Source: a bacterium (GTDB taxonomy: Bacteria; Zhuqueibacterota; Zhuqueibacteria; Residuimicrobiales; Krinioviventaceae). From it: a stretch of DNA of 64,000 bases. The stretch spans positions 2,048,001 through 2,112,000 of the forward strand of contig CAXXMD010000003.1 in the NCBI GenBank assembly GCA_963675755.2, given 5' to 3'. Under the pieces are notes generated by a model. It ran no database searches, had not been told where the DNA came from, and was given only the letters and a program-made list of their open reading frames with translations. A program made the position numbers and the translations under genes. Of the stretch, positions 31,692 through 41,949 are shown in pieces; the first letter of the stretch is position 1, and each line of letters opens with the position of its first letter.

Positions 31692-32894
31692 ATGAGATTT
31701 TATACCCGATTTGTTATCCTACTGTTTTTCCTAATCAGCTGTCAACAATACAAGACCACTACTCCTGTTCCGGTGATGGCTTTGTTGAATTCTGAACAAA
31801 AAAAAATAGAAAATACGCAACTGATAGAATTGCAGCAAGCGGGTTTTAATATTGTTGCAACGCCATTTGTGGGACTGGAGCAAAATTTTCAATGGTTAGC
31901 GTTGGCAGATTCGTTGGGCTTAAAACTGGTTCTTGCGGACCAGCGAATTGATCAGTTTATGCAAAATCCGCAAAAACAAGAAATGCTGGATAGTATGATA
32001 ACCGATTATTCTATTCATTCATCTTTTTTTGGGTATTATACTTTTGACAAGCCCGATTCAAACATGTATTCCCGGTTTGCAAACAGTATTCATTATCTGA
32101 ATGCACATGATCCGGAACATCCTGCTGTGGTAAATATGCTGCCTTTGCATCGGCAGAATGATATTAATGGTTTGAATTATTTTTATCGAGATCTTTGGAA
32201 TCTGGTTGACCGGGTTTCTCCACGGTTGATCTGTTTTGAACAATTTCCGGTATTTACAGCTGATACGGATTATTACCAGAATTTGGAAATCTTGAAGAGT
32301 ATTTGTCTCGAGCAAGACATTCCCTGGTGGGCCACAGTAACTCAAACGCATCATTTTAGCCCTGCGGTGGAAAAAAGCCAACTGGATGTTCAGTTTTACA
32401 GCGTTCTCGCTTATGGTGCAAAGGGAATTGCCTATTATCCGAATGCTTTTGAGCAGGATAATAAAGAGGATATTATTCCAGATATTAACAGATCAGAAAG
32501 TACCCTGACGCATATTCGATATTTAAATAAAGTAATACAATCTTTTGCTCCATTTCTGAACGATTTAAGTTCAGTCGGGGTGTTTCACACAGATCCGGTA
32601 CCCAGAGGCTGTGTTTCGTTAAAAGCAGGTTTGCCTCTGGTGAATATTGTGGGTAAGCAATTTTTAACAGGTATTTATAAAAGAGATAATCATTATTGGA
32701 TTTGGTTGGTTAATAAAAATATTCAAACGGGGGCTGTCTGTAAATTGTTTTTTGATGAAAAAGTTAAACATTTGCAACAGATGAATTTGGGACTAGAAAA
32801 TACGGATATAGATTTGGAAAATAATCGCTTCCAGTGTGAACTCATTTTTAAAGCGGGAGAGGGCCGCTTACTTGAGCTGGATATGAAGGAGTAA
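31692..32894 (+). CDS. Lipoprotein, GH-A-like TIM-barrel protein of unknown activity
   Basis: LISC lipobox; AGFN, DPEHP..VN.LP, LAYGAKGIAYY motifs. Confidence 0.55.
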   Translation: MRFYTRFVILLFFLISCQQYKTTTPVPVMALLNSEQKKIENTQLIELQQAGFNIVATPFVGLEQNFQWLALADSLGLKLVLADQRIDQFMQNPQKQEMLDSMITDYSIHSSFFGYYTFDKPDSNMYSRFANSIHYLNAHDPEHPAVVNMLPLHRQNDINGLNYFYRDLWNLVDRVSPRLICFEQFPVFTADTDYYQNLEILKSICLEQDIPWWATVTQTHHFSPAVEKSQLDVQFYSVLAYGAKGIAYYPNAFEQDNKEDIIPDINRSESTLTHIRYLNKVIQSFAPFLNDLSSVGVFHTDPVPRGCVSLKAGLPLVNIVGKQFLTGIYKRDNHYWIWLVNKNIQTGAVCKLFFDEKVKHLQQMNLGLENTDIDLENNRFQCELIFKAGEGRLLELDMKE

Positions 32895-32900
32895 AGAAGC

Positions 32901-33086
32901 ATGTTTGAATGGTTCAAGAAACGGGATAAAAAAATGTTACATGATGATCAACCCATTACGGAACAAGAAATATTATTATTAAAAAAGCTGGATGCATTAT
33001 CTTCCCAGTATCCCAGATACGATCATCGTACTGATGTTAAAAATGGTAAAATATTTATGGTAGAATCCAGTGAGGAAGAGCAGTAA
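32901..33086 (+). CDS. Small hypothetical protein
   Basis: AGGAG upstream, in operon-like spacing. Confidence 0.4.
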   Translation: MFEWFKKRDKKMLHDDQPITEQEILLLKKLDALSSQYPRYDHRTDVKNGKIFMVESSEEEQ

Positions 33087-33144
33087 AAATTAGTTTCTTT
33101 ATTTGTGCTAAATTAATTCATATAAATAACTAAAGGAGCGTTCA

Positions 33145-34425
33145 ATGTTGAAAAAAGAAAACGTTACTGCATTGAAAAATGAGGCAATACATCATTTAAC
33201 TAAAGAATTGTTGCCTTTTTGGATGGACAGAAGTAAAGATGACACATACGGGGGATTTATTACCCACTTTGATAAAGATGGAAACGATAGCGGCGATGAC
33301 CAGAAATCTTTGATTGCCCAAACCCGTACGGTTTTTAGTTTTGCACAAGCGCATAGAGCGGGTTGGGGAGAAGGAAGCTGTAAAGATTTTGCTGACCATG
33401 GTGTGGATTTTCTTCTTGATAAAATGTGGGATAAAGAGAATGAAGGATTTATCTGGACCACATATAGAAACGGTGAACCTGAGATTGAAAAGAAAATTAT
33501 GTATGGATTGTCATTTTGTATGTACTCTTTGAGTGAATATACCCTGGCAACCGGTGACGCACGAGGCCAAAAATATGCTGAACGCGTTTTTGAATTGATC
33601 AAAACCCATGGTCTTGACATTATGTATGGCGGTTTTTTTGAAATGTTTGAGAAAAACTGGGACCTTTGCGGCCCCGGCAGTGAGGGTGGCGATCGCAAAA
33701 CTCTGGATGTTCACATGCACCTGATGGAAGCTTTTACCACACTTTATGAGTGTACAGGGAAATCTACGCATCGACGTGCATTAATTGAGAGTATAGAGCT
33801 GTTGTTGGAACGAATATTGCACCCTGAATATAGAACCGGAATTCCACAGTTCTGGCGGGATTGGAAAGTTGCCCCTCAAATCAAGTTTGATATTGTATGG
33901 GGCTGGGACCGATTTTCAGACAGTGGCGCTAAAGACAATGCTGATGATAACACATCTTATGGCCACAACTGTGAATTTGCCTGGTTGTTGAATCGTGCGC
34001 TTGATATTTTGAAAATTGACAAGACACCATACCTGGACCTGATAAGATTGCAGCTTGACCACGCTCTTGCTCATGGTATTGATTGGGAATATGGCGGTGT
34101 ATATGTTGAAGGCTCTCACGCGGGCGGCGTTCATGACCGTGAAAAAGAATTCTGGCAGCAGGCAGAAGTTATGATTGGTATGTTGGATGGTGTTTTACTG
34201 TTCAACGATGAAAAATACTGGCCTGCATATGAAAATGTACACCGTTTTGTGTTTGACAAAATGATTAATCATCCGGTTGGTGAATGGTGGCCATTGATGA
34301 ACCGGGAAGGCGATAAAAAGGTTTGGAACCATATGAGTCATTCCTGGAAAGTCAACTATCATACTATTCGCTGCATGGTTGAAAGCATTAAACGGTTGGA
34401 AAAACTGGAAGCTATTGCAGAATAG
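33145..34425 (+). CDS. AGE-family (cellobiose/N-acylglucosamine 2-epimerase-like) epimerase/isomerase
   Basis: LLPFW...YGGF, QTR, HMHLMEAF, SYGHNCE, WQQAE, WKVNYH. Confidence 0.9.
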   Translation: MLKKENVTALKNEAIHHLTKELLPFWMDRSKDDTYGGFITHFDKDGNDSGDDQKSLIAQTRTVFSFAQAHRAGWGEGSCKDFADHGVDFLLDKMWDKENEGFIWTTYRNGEPEIEKKIMYGLSFCMYSLSEYTLATGDARGQKYAERVFELIKTHGLDIMYGGFFEMFEKNWDLCGPGSEGGDRKTLDVHMHLMEAFTTLYECTGKSTHRRALIESIELLLERILHPEYRTGIPQFWRDWKVAPQIKFDIVWGWDRFSDSGAKDNADDNTSYGHNCEFAWLLNRALDILKIDKTPYLDLIRLQLDHALAHGIDWEYGGVYVEGSHAGGVHDREKEFWQQAEVMIGMLDGVLLFNDEKYWPAYENVHRFVFDKMINHPVGEWWPLMNREGDKKVWNHMSHSWKVNYHTIRCMVESIKRLEKLEAIAE

Positions 34426-34449
34426 AAAAACTATGATTCGGGAACGGAA

Positions 34450-36351
34450 ATGGATGAACAACAAATAAAAGCTGTGTTGGAAAAAATTGGTAATGTTCGT
34501 GTTTTGGTGTATGGTGATTTTTGTATTGACGCATACTGGGTCCTTGATCCCCGTGGTGGAGAAGTCTCGGTTGAGACCGGTATTCAGACAAAAGCGGTAG
34601 CGCGTCATTACTATTCACTGGGTGGCGCTTCTAATGTTGTTGCGAATCTGGCGGCTTTAAAACCGGCATCAATCCATGTGGTTGGTGCAATTGGTCCGGA
34701 TATTTACGGACGTGAAATGAAATACCAGATGAATGCCGCAGGTGTAAATACCGATTATCTGGTAGAGCAGCCCAATGATTTTGATACCTACACCTATGGT
34801 AAACGATACCTGGGTGATTCGGAGTTGCCGCGTATCGATTTTGGATATTATAATCAACGTTCTCCGGAAACGGACCGCAAGATCATTGAGAATATCCGAC
34901 ATTTGTTACCACAATGCGATGTTATGATTTTTAACCAGCAGGTTCCCGATAGTATTGGTGAGGCCTTTATTGAACAGGCTAACCGGGTTTTTCAGGATTT
35001 TAATGATAAAATTATTATTGCGGATTCCCGACATTTTGGAGAAATGCTTGTAAATGTTTACCGTAAAATCAATGCGGTAGAAGCGGCCAACTTGTCGGGG
35101 GTTGACGCGCAACCCGACGAATTTATACCCGATCGTGTTTCACGTGAACACGCACAAACTTTGTACAAGCAATCCCGCAAGCCTGTGTTTATTACACGGG
35201 GCGACAGCGGGATTATTATTGCTGATAACAAGGGGATTGCGCATGTTCCCGGACTCTTGTTTACCAGCAAGCTGGATACTGTGGGCGCCGGTGATACGGT
35301 GATCAGTGCATTGGCAGTGTGCCTGGCAGCAGGATGTTCTCCTGCGGAAGCCGCTGAAATTGCCAATCTGGCTGCGGGTGTGACTGTGCAAAAGTTGTTT
35401 CAAACCGGAACTGCATCTGTGGATGAAATTCTGGATTTGCAAGGACATGCGGTTTATATGCATCAGCCTGAACTTGCAAAGGATTTGGAAGAAGCGCACT
35501 ATATTGAAGATAGTGAGATAGAGATTTGCGTTCCCCGTGAATCGCTTGGATTGAAAAGAGTGCAGTCTGTGATCTTTGATCATGATGGTACCATCAGTAC
35601 CCTGCGTGAGAATTCACGTGATACGTTGAAACGCGTTATGAAAAAATGTATTGTGGGCGAGCAGGAACATACCATACCTGAGGCCTTGTGTAATAAAATT
35701 ACCAGACGTGTTAGCAATTTTGTAAACGTGTCTACGGGCCTGCATCCGCTGTTGCAGATGGAAGAGTTGACCGAAATGGTCAGAGAATTTAATCTTGTGC
35801 CGGAAGATCAGGTTTTGGAGCCAAAAGAATATTTCAGAATTTTCACAAAAACCCTGATGGAACCGGTACGCAAGAATATTTCAAGGATTGAAAAAGGGGA
35901 ACTGGAACCCACAGATTTTACTATTAAGGGTGTTGAGGCTTTACTGGAAGGTCTTAACGAGCGGGGCGTTACGTTAATTCTGGCGGGCAGTATTGATGTT
36001 TCCACAGTAGAGCAGGAAGCCGAGTTGCTGGAATACAATCATCTGTTCAAGGGTGGCATTTACGGTGCCATGAGCGATACAGATGCTTTTAGCAAAGACG
36101 CATTGATAGAAAAAATTATCAAAGAACACAATTTGCATGCACCCGAGTTTGCGGTTATTTCTGATGGTCCTGTTGAAATACGGGCATGCCGCAAGTATGA
36201 CGGACTGGCAATTGGGGTTGCCAGTGATGAGCAGCGCAGACACGGATTAAATACATTTAAACGTGAACGTTTGATCAAGGCCGGTGCGCAATTGGTGGTT
36301 CCTGATTTTGCACAATGGGAAAAAATACTGAATCTAATTACGATACCATGA
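34450..36351 (+). CDS. Fusion of HldE/RfaE-like PfkB kinase and HAD-family domain
   Basis: VYGDFCID, LGGASNV..NL, DTVGAGD, ANLAAGV..K..T; FDHDGTISTLR HAD motif I, DGPVEI. Confidence 0.82.
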   Translation: MDEQQIKAVLEKIGNVRVLVYGDFCIDAYWVLDPRGGEVSVETGIQTKAVARHYYSLGGASNVVANLAALKPASIHVVGAIGPDIYGREMKYQMNAAGVNTDYLVEQPNDFDTYTYGKRYLGDSELPRIDFGYYNQRSPETDRKIIENIRHLLPQCDVMIFNQQVPDSIGEAFIEQANRVFQDFNDKIIIADSRHFGEMLVNVYRKINAVEAANLSGVDAQPDEFIPDRVSREHAQTLYKQSRKPVFITRGDSGIIIADNKGIAHVPGLLFTSKLDTVGAGDTVISALAVCLAAGCSPAEAAEIANLAAGVTVQKLFQTGTASVDEILDLQGHAVYMHQPELAKDLEEAHYIEDSEIEICVPRESLGLKRVQSVIFDHDGTISTLRENSRDTLKRVMKKCIVGEQEHTIPEALCNKITRRVSNFVNVSTGLHPLLQMEELTEMVREFNLVPEDQVLEPKEYFRIFTKTLMEPVRKNISRIEKGELEPTDFTIKGVEALLEGLNERGVTLILAGSIDVSTVEQEAELLEYNHLFKGGIYGAMSDTDAFSKDALIEKIIKEHNLHAPEFAVISDGPVEIRACRKYDGLAIGVASDEQRRHGLNTFKRERLIKAGAQLVVPDFAQWEKILNLITIP

Positions 36352-36681
36352 TTGTGTATAGTTTGTCAAGTATAAATTTAACAATGGGCATATGAATATT
36401 TATTTTGGTATTAATGTAATAATAAAGATCAAACCTGGAATATCTTTATTTTATTGATATTAATTCGATTTCATATCTATCCTTTTTAAACAAATCAATA
36501 GATGTTTTACAAATACTCGAGTTGAAAATCAGTATATCTATATGTACTTGTCCTTTTTTAAAAATTTCCCCTTCACCTTATATCTTTCAAGTCTGAAATA
36601 AATGAATGGGTTATGAATATTTTTCGTATTGTTTATCTGAGAGGGGTTGCGTATCTTACATAAAAACAATGTGTTGTGTTG

Positions 36682-36697
36682 TGGCACGCTTTTTGTG
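36682..36697 (+). promoter_or_regulatory. Possible sigma54 promoter (variant -12)
   Basis: TGGCAC-GCTTT-TTGTG about 80 bp upstream of 36778. Confidence 0.35.
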
Positions 36698-36777
36698 CAT
36701 TGTTGAGTTATATTGGGGAGATTATATTATAATTAACTGAATATTTTAAGTACTTTTTTTATTTTTAAGGGGCAAAA

Positions 36778-37581
36778 ATGATTATATCTTACTTGAAACG
36801 CTTAATTACAGATCCTGGTAAGAATATACCTTTGGTTAATAAATGGTTGCAAAAACAGTTATGTGTTGTTTTTAAAAACAGTGCATATTTTATGCAGGGC
36901 CAAATGAGCTTACATCCGGCTTCCAGATGGTATGACAAGGAGTTTGTTGAAATAACTGGTGGTTATTTTTTACGTAACGATAGTGTTCAAAGGAAAATCC
37001 ATTCATTACAGCATTATGATTATGTCAGAAGAAATATGTTAATATTATTGCTTAGAACCATCGAAGAACAGAAAATATCGGGGGATTTTGCAGAACTTGG
37101 CGTATACAAAGGTGCAACAGCAAGATTATTTCACCATTATTCGCCAAATCGTAAACTACATTTGTTTGATACTTTTGAAGGGTTTACAAAAAAAGGGGTG
37201 GATTCGGAAAAAAATAATATGAATAACGATGTCTCAATAGATGTTTTTTCGGACACATCTCTAAGTATTGTTAAAGAAAATATAATGCCGCAAAATAATA
37301 ATGTTTATTTTTATAAAGGGTATTTCCCAGAGTCTGTTACTGATGAGCTAGAGAACAAGAGATTTTCATTTGTCCATTTGGATGCAGATCTTTATGAACC
37401 CACTTTTAATGGTTTAACATTTTTTTATCCACGAATGTCTGTGAACGGTGTGATTGTAATTCATGATTATAATGCTTGGGTAGGTGCTCGAAAGGCAGTA
37501 GATGATTTTCTACGAGATAAAGAAGAATTCGCTATTCCTATGGTTGATTTGAGCGGCTCTGCAATTATAGTAAAAAAGTAG
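36778..37581 (+). CDS. TylF/MycF family O-methyltransferase
   Basis: GDFAELGVYKG, LFDTFEGF, KGYFPES, VHLDADLYE, HDY. Confidence 0.9.
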   Translation: MIISYLKRLITDPGKNIPLVNKWLQKQLCVVFKNSAYFMQGQMSLHPASRWYDKEFVEITGGYFLRNDSVQRKIHSLQHYDYVRRNMLILLLRTIEEQKISGDFAELGVYKGATARLFHHYSPNRKLHLFDTFEGFTKKGVDSEKNNMNNDVSIDVFSDTSLSIVKENIMPQNNNVYFYKGYFPESVTDELENKRFSFVHLDADLYEPTFNGLTFFYPRMSVNGVIVIHDYNAWVGARKAVDDFLRDKEEFAIPMVDLSGSAIIVKK

Positions 37582-37601
37582 CTCTTTTTGAAGTATTGTT
37601 G

Positions 37602-38834
37602 CTATGGATATTCAAAGCCAAATTGTATTTGAATCAATCTGTCTTTAGCAAAAGTATAGTTACCATAATATATCGGAGTATAATAAAATTTTAGAAAATC
37701 TGAATCTTTAAGATTATCAATTTTGTATTGTACTCTTGTTGTATCATTAATGCTGGTTTCGTTGTGTGGATATCCCAGCAGGCTTAAGAGTTCGTCTTTT
37801 TTTGTTCCTAACTGTATATTTTTTAAAGTCTCAAATTCTTCAATAAAACCCAATGTGTGAATTTGTTCTTCTGGTGGTTGATATGAAATGACACATTCAC
37901 TGAATTCATTCTTTATACTGCCGGGATGGAAGATCAGGGTTAGAAATTGGGTTTGGTCCCTGTTGCTGACACAATAGTGGGGAAAAATATCATCATCCTG
38001 ATATTCCCAATGTATATCGCAGCCTAGCATTTCTTCAACACTGTTTCGATCCCATAAATACAGACTATTAACTGCAATGTCTGCACATTTCGGGATTATG
38101 GGCGGATACTTTAATTCTTTAAGGTTTGCGAGTTTATCTTTTAATGTGGAATAGTTATTTATTTGTTTTTCTTTTTCACTAGTTATATTTTTGAAACCCC
38201 AGTTAAGGGCCTCATGTAATTGGGGGGTGTATTTAAGGGAAACGGATTCTAATGTAAAATCAGGATTTTCGATATAAATTTGTCCCAAAACAAAAGAAGG
38301 GAGTTCGTCTGCAGAATGTTTTTCCAGGTTGATAATATCCAGAAAATCTTGAAACAATGCGGTATCTTTTGTTGTGGATATATACACTGGTAAAATGTTT
38401 AGCAATGGATTTAAAATCTGCTCAGAGTACTTTTCCATTTCGATACGCTTTGCCTGTGAAGATAATTTTAACAAATGGTAATAAAACAATTCAGACTCTT
38501 TAGCGAAAACGGATTTGAATAATTTATGAATTTCTTGCTTTGACATGTTTTTGATTAATTGAATACGGCTTTTGTGTACATAACCGGAATCTCCTTCACA
38601 TTTTTTTACCTTGATCCAGTCGCTGGATTCTGAGTAATTGCAATAAAATAGTTCTGATTCCTGAATGGTGTCAATTACCGGAAAATCAGAATTTTCACCT
38701 GATCTCATATTGGTGTATCCATCCGGATCTTTTATGACTGCCGGTTCATTAAAATGTTCGGGGATATAATAGAATGATTGTGAAAAGGAAAATGCTGATA
38801 AAACAGTAATTAGTATAAAGATTTTTGTTTTCAT
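37602..38834 (-). CDS. Secreted hypothetical protein with N-terminal SH3b-like domain
   Basis: Signal peptide; DPDGYTNMRS...WIKV...GYVHKSRI. Confidence 0.65.
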   Translation of the reverse strand: MKTKIFILITVLSAFSFSQSFYYIPEHFNEPAVIKDPDGYTNMRSGENSDFPVIDTIQESELFYCNYSESSDWIKVKKCEGDSGYVHKSRIQLIKNMSKQEIHKLFKSVFAKESELFYYHLLKLSSQAKRIEMEKYSEQILNPLLNILPVYISTTKDTALFQDFLDIINLEKHSADELPSFVLGQIYIENPDFTLESVSLKYTPQLHEALNWGFKNITSEKEKQINNYSTLKDKLANLKELKYPPIIPKCADIAVNSLYLWDRNSVEEMLGCDIHWEYQDDDIFPHYCVSNRDQTQFLTLIFHPGSIKNEFSECVISYQPPEEQIHTLGFIEEFETLKNIQLGTKKDELLSLLGYPHNETSINDTTRVQYKIDNLKDSDFLKFYYTPIYYGNYTFAKDRLIQIQFGFEYP

Positions 38835-38955
38835 TTTGAATTTTAAAATTTATTAAAGGAAACCTTTTAATGCACCCTATGCTAGTTTAGAAAAAGATAA
38901 GGATTTTTTGAATTTAATCAACCAGAAATAGTAATTTAGTATTGATAAAAGTTAT

Positions 38956-39127
38956 AATCAAGGTAATCCCGGGAATCTTTTTAATCTAGGTTTTAATCAG
39001 GGCAATCTTGTAATCCTTTAAATCTGGGTATTAATCATGTTAATCTGTTAATCCTTTGAATCAGGGTCTTGCTTTTTCGAGTCATGGTTAAATCAAGGTA
39101 ATCCCGAGAATCCTTTGAATCATGGTT
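38956..39127. repeat. AATC-periodic repeat array: four ~38-bp units, each four AATC at 8-9-bp spacing
   Basis: Units start 38956, 38995, 39033, 39091, e.g. AATCAAGGT-AATCCCGAG-AATCCTTTG-AATCATGGTT. Confidence 0.8.
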
Positions 39128-39617
39128 ATGGTTGGTTTAAGACGAGTTCCCAGTAGCCCACATCAATCCATTGTTCAAATTTGAATCCCACTTGTTTAAA
39201 ATGGGCTACTTTTTCAAATCCGAGTTTTTCATGAAGGGCAATACTGGCGGGATTGGGCAGAGAAATACCGGCAACAATACTGTGAAGGTTTTGGGATTTC
39301 AACTCCTGCAAGAGCTGGCTGTAAAGTCTGGATCCATATCCTTTGCAGGTGTGATCGGGATGGAGGTAGACGGTGCTTTCAGCCGAGTATCGGTACGCGC
39401 AACGCGATTTCCATTGGCTGGCGTAGGCAAATCCCACGATTTGTTCATCCTGTAGAGCAATGAGCCAGGGATACGATTGCGTGGTCTCGCGGATGCGGTG
39501 TTCCATTTCCTGAATAGAGACGGGTAACTCTTCAAAGGTGACGATGGTTTCGGCAACATAGTGGTTATAAATGTTGGCAATGGCCTCTGCGTCTTTGGGC
39601 AAGGCGGGTACTATCAT
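39126..39617 (-). CDS. GNAT N-acetyltransferase, phosphinothricin/YncA-like
   Basis: IYNHYV..TFE, AYRYSAESTVY, PNPASIALHEKLGF, GFKFEQWIDV; start moved to ATG 39617. Confidence 0.9.
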   Translation of the reverse strand: MIVPALPKDAEAIANIYNHYVAETIVTFEELPVSIQEMEHRIRETTQSYPWLIALQDEQIVGFAYASQWKSRCAYRYSAESTVYLHPDHTCKGYGSRLYSQLLQELKSQNLHSIVAGISLPNPASIALHEKLGFEKVAHFKQVGFKFEQWIDVGYWELVLNQP

Positions 39618-39760
39618 TTTAAAATCCTGTTTACTACACACACTCTTAATTATTACGGAATTGGATGCTTTATGTTTCAGAATAACTTTTTGTTGCATGT
39701 TATTTTTGAATATTGTATTAATAATAAACCTTGAAAATTTATAATATTTTGGAGTTGAAA

Positions 39761-40273
39761 ATGCCAACCCCCATCAAAATCATCAAAAAAGAGCACGAGC
39801 CCACGCTGGAAATTCGGATGCAGTGCACCATGCTGAAAATGCCCATGATGATTCGGCAGTCGTATATGCTGATTTTGACCTATCTGGAAGAACTAGGTGA
39901 AGAGATGAGTGGTATGCCCTATGTGCGGTATTTGAATTTGAATTGGGATACCATGTTGAACGAAAACAAGCTGATGGGTTTCATTCGTGTGTTTACACGA
40001 AAATGGGATATGGCTATTGGATTTCCGGTAAAAAAAGAGCTGGAAGAACGGGGAGATATTAAGCCGGGTGGGTTACCCGAGGGACGATACATCCGCACTA
40101 TCCATTACGGTCCCTATCAAAAGGTGGGAGATACCTACAAGCTTATGACAGCATATGCAGAACAAAAGGGGATTACCATTCAGAACGAATCCTTTGAAAT
40201 CTATCTCAATGATCCGGGCAAGGTTTCCAAGGAAAGATTAGAAACAGAGGTGTTGATACCTGTAAAGGAATAA
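39761..40273 (+). CDS. GyrI-like small-molecule-binding domain protein
   Basis: PYVRY, IGFPV, HYGPY, EIYLNDP...LETEV; GGAG RBS. Confidence 0.85.
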   Translation: MPTPIKIIKKEHEPTLEIRMQCTMLKMPMMIRQSYMLILTYLEELGEEMSGMPYVRYLNLNWDTMLNENKLMGFIRVFTRKWDMAIGFPVKKELEERGDIKPGGLPEGRYIRTIHYGPYQKVGDTYKLMTAYAEQKGITIQNESFEIYLNDPGKVSKERLETEVLIPVKE

Positions 40274-40311
40274 AATAATTAGACCGGCCCCTAAAGACCG
40301 GTCATTTCTAC

Positions 40312-41760
40312 TTATTTTTGCAACAGCATTTTTATGACCTGGTAGGTTTTATTTGTTTCTTTAGTAGAATTTGTAATCAACTCACAAAAATAGATGCCAC
40401 TTGAACAATCTTTAGCATTCCATTCCTGCACATAAGCACCGGGAGCAAGGGTTTCATTTGTTAGCGTTGTGACATGCTGACCCGATACATTGAAAATATT
40501 TATTTCCGTATGGCTTTTTTCTAACAATTCGAATTCAATCCGGGTTATGGGATTAAACGGATTGGGGTAGTTCTGTAACAATTTAAATGTTGCGGGAGCT
40601 TTTGGGTTTTCAGAAACCGCTGTGATATCCTTGTTTTCAAAAACAGAAATATATGTCCCTAAAACATATAATTTGTTGTTTGCTACAATAGGTTGATATC
40701 TATAATAACCGGTTTCATTCAATAGCATTTCTCCGGTGTTAATGTCGAAACCATATAAATCTGTGTTGGCGTACAGTGTGATATAAACGACTCCGTTAGC
40801 AATGGTGGGAGTGGAAGCACCTTTGCCTTCTTCAAAAGTGTGGTGCCACTTGTAACTACCATCTGATTTTCCAAGGGTGTATATATTTCCAAGGGTATCC
40901 GCATCCTCCCAGACTGTAAAACACAGCAATTCGTCAGTTATTGCAATAAATCCCTGGTAGGATGCTGTAAAAGAACAGCCATTGGTATCATAATACCACA
41001 CTAGCTCTCCACTTGTTTTGTCTACTGCTATGACAGAATCCTGGTCAGCGGTATAGATATTTGAATCGTCAATAACAATGCCCCGTTTATCCACATCTGT
41101 AAAGGATTTTTCCCAAATTTGAACACCGGTATATTTTTCAAATTTTATGATTTTATCATCCGTACATAAATAGCAAAAATTTTCATCTATGGCTGGGGAG
41201 GTTTGTCTGGTATAATAATAACTCCAGATAACTGAGCCATCGTTTATATCCAGACAATACAAGCTATCTCCTACAATGTACAAACGGTCATCATCTAAAA
41301 TAGGATGCCTTGTAAACATTGAAATGTTTATAGGTTTAAGCCATTTAAGCAGACCTGTAGATTTATCCACAGCATAAAGTCCTTCACCATATTGTCCACC
41401 CAAAAATGCCAGCGAATCGTTTTGCGCGGCACAAAAGCTGTTTGATCCTCTCGAGTTAATGATTTCGAATTGCCATAAAGAATCACCTGTTTCTGTATCT
41501 AGTGAAATAAAGTAATTAGGTTCGCCTTGCCAGCTTGATATGAGTTGATTTCCCAGCAAAGAAAGAGTTTGATAACCATGATTGATATTGCAGAGAAAAC
41601 CGGTATTTTCTAGTGGTGGATGTAGTTGATCCTCATCGGATGCCCATGACGTTCGTTGTGGATTTGCATTGACCATTGGCCAGTATTGCTGAGCTGTTAC
41701 TACCGAAACCATACCCATAAAAACCAGCAGGAATGTACATAGTTTTGCCTGGATTGACAT
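40312..41760 (-). CDS. PQQ-like (BamB-type) beta-propeller protein with T9SS-type C-terminal sorting domain
   Basis: Repeated A.D..TG...W blades; LLQNYPNPFNP...IFNVSGQ...SSGIYF...KMLLQK. Confidence 0.85.
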   Translation of the reverse strand: MSIQAKLCTFLLVFMGMVSVVTAQQYWPMVNANPQRTSWASDEDQLHPPLENTGFLCNINHGYQTLSLLGNQLISSWQGEPNYFISLDTETGDSLWQFEIINSRGSNSFCAAQNDSLAFLGGQYGEGLYAVDKSTGLLKWLKPINISMFTRHPILDDDRLYIVGDSLYCLDINDGSVIWSYYYTRQTSPAIDENFCYLCTDDKIIKFEKYTGVQIWEKSFTDVDKRGIVIDDSNIYTADQDSVIAVDKTSGELVWYYDTNGCSFTASYQGFIAITDELLCFTVWEDADTLGNIYTLGKSDGSYKWHHTFEEGKGASTPTIANGVVYITLYANTDLYGFDINTGEMLLNETGYYRYQPIVANNKLYVLGTYISVFENKDITAVSENPKAPATFKLLQNYPNPFNPITRIEFELLEKSHTEINIFNVSGQHVTTLTNETLAPGAYVQEWNAKDCSSGIYFCELITNSTKETNKTYQVIKMLLQK

Positions 41761-41949
41761 ATTGCCTCCTCTAAAATTAAGTTGAATAATATAGAAATGA
41801 GGGCTGTACTGCTTTACTACTGGTATGAATGGTTACTGTGTCTTCCCCGTTGAAGTTGCCCGTATTTAATAATATAATATTTAGTATAAAATGTCAAATG
41901 TTTTTATTCATTCTTGCAAAATGCAGTAAATGATAAAAAAAGGGGTAAA

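Noticed and set aside
38956-39127. Mini-CRISPR or plasmid iterons
   Set aside because: Units are contiguous and degenerate with no spacers; no rep gene nearby
39618-39767. N-terminal extension of GNAT ORF overlapping the GyrI gene
   Set aside because: Family similarity starts at ATG 39617; the extension crosses an AT-rich divergent promoter region
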